DNA of 64,000 nucleotides from Iphione sp. A-MEVVRFRX5 (Eukaryota): positions 75,640,001-75,704,000 of the forward strand of contig OZ320319.1 of the NCBI GenBank assembly GCA_976226885.1, read 5' to 3'. Positions 63,614-64,000 of the stretch are shown here, piece after piece. Position 1 is the stretch's first letter; every line of letters begins with the position of its first letter. The position numbers were made by a program, and so were the translations under genes. The notes under the pieces are model-generated. The model had not been told where the DNA came from and did no database searches. It worked only from the letters and a program-made list of their open reading frames with translations.

Positions 63614-63654
63614 CACTGCTTGTCTGGGTTTTACAGCCAACATTAACGCCACAG
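63614..63654 (+). CDS. VMAT: VMAT-like coding exon 7
   Basis: ccgtttcAG| (A)LLVWVLQPTLTPQ |GTTAGT; resembles VMAT2 AIQLFVLQP; exons 1-7 total 858 nt = 286 codons without stops. Confidence 0.85.
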
Positions 63655-63700
63655 GTTAGTATACACATACCGGTCTACGGGTGACACGATGGGCTGGCAT

Positions 63701-63829
63701 NNNNNNNNNNNNNNNNNNNNNNNNNNNNNNNNNNNNNNNNNNNNNNNNNNNNNNNNNNNNNNNNNNNNNNNNNNNNNNNNNNNNNNNNNNNNNNNNNNNN
63801 NNNNNNNNNNNNNNNNNNNNNNNNNNNNN
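63701..63829. other. Assembly gap (129 N)
   Basis: N run. Confidence 1.
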
Positions 63830-64000
63830 GGGAAAGAGACCGACCGACCGACAGACAGACCGACTCACAGACAAGAAGACAATGATTATCCTCCCCTTGA
63901 GATAAGCCTCTACATTCATAAACCTCTCCCCAATATTACATGACCAGTACGATCGCTGAAGGCGCTCTAACGTTGGTACAATTATACGCCTCTGATCATA

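Noticed and set aside
1-64000. rRNA, intact tRNA genes, CRISPR arrays
   Set aside because: None seen; eukaryotic intron-rich DNA, and the only tRNA-like piece (56762-56850) lacks a cloverleaf

Overview
Metazoan genomic DNA; my unverified impression is an invertebrate deuterostome such as amphioxus. Two main components. (1) 1-10660 is the 3' two-thirds of an apparently intact, env-bearing Ty3/gypsy (errantivirus-like) LTR retroelement. It has pol (RT-RNaseH-INT with intact catalytic motifs, two Pro-rich inserts and a chromodomain-like tail), an F-type env with an unusual second membrane segment and a PPxY tail, a PPT and an ~800-bp 3' LTR. The most unusual part is the 2-kb pol-env spacer. It appears to hold a spliced ANTISENSE accessory gene with a Cys/His cluster and a separate 21-nt ATG leader exon that completes the env signal peptide. 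The two start codons overlap head-to-head on one CATG, and each ORF has its own AATAAA. (2) 11641-63654 holds coding exons 1-7 of an SLC18A vesicular amine transporter (VMAT-like; 286 codons assembled, gene continues beyond the window). It has a 31-kb intron 1, a GC-AG intron 2 and non-canonical residues at substrate-relevant positions. The introns contain MITEs, SINE-like pieces, microsatellites, promoter-like motif clusters and a candidate nested antisense gene with six 55-79 nt introns. All splice models were read by eye and are untested.
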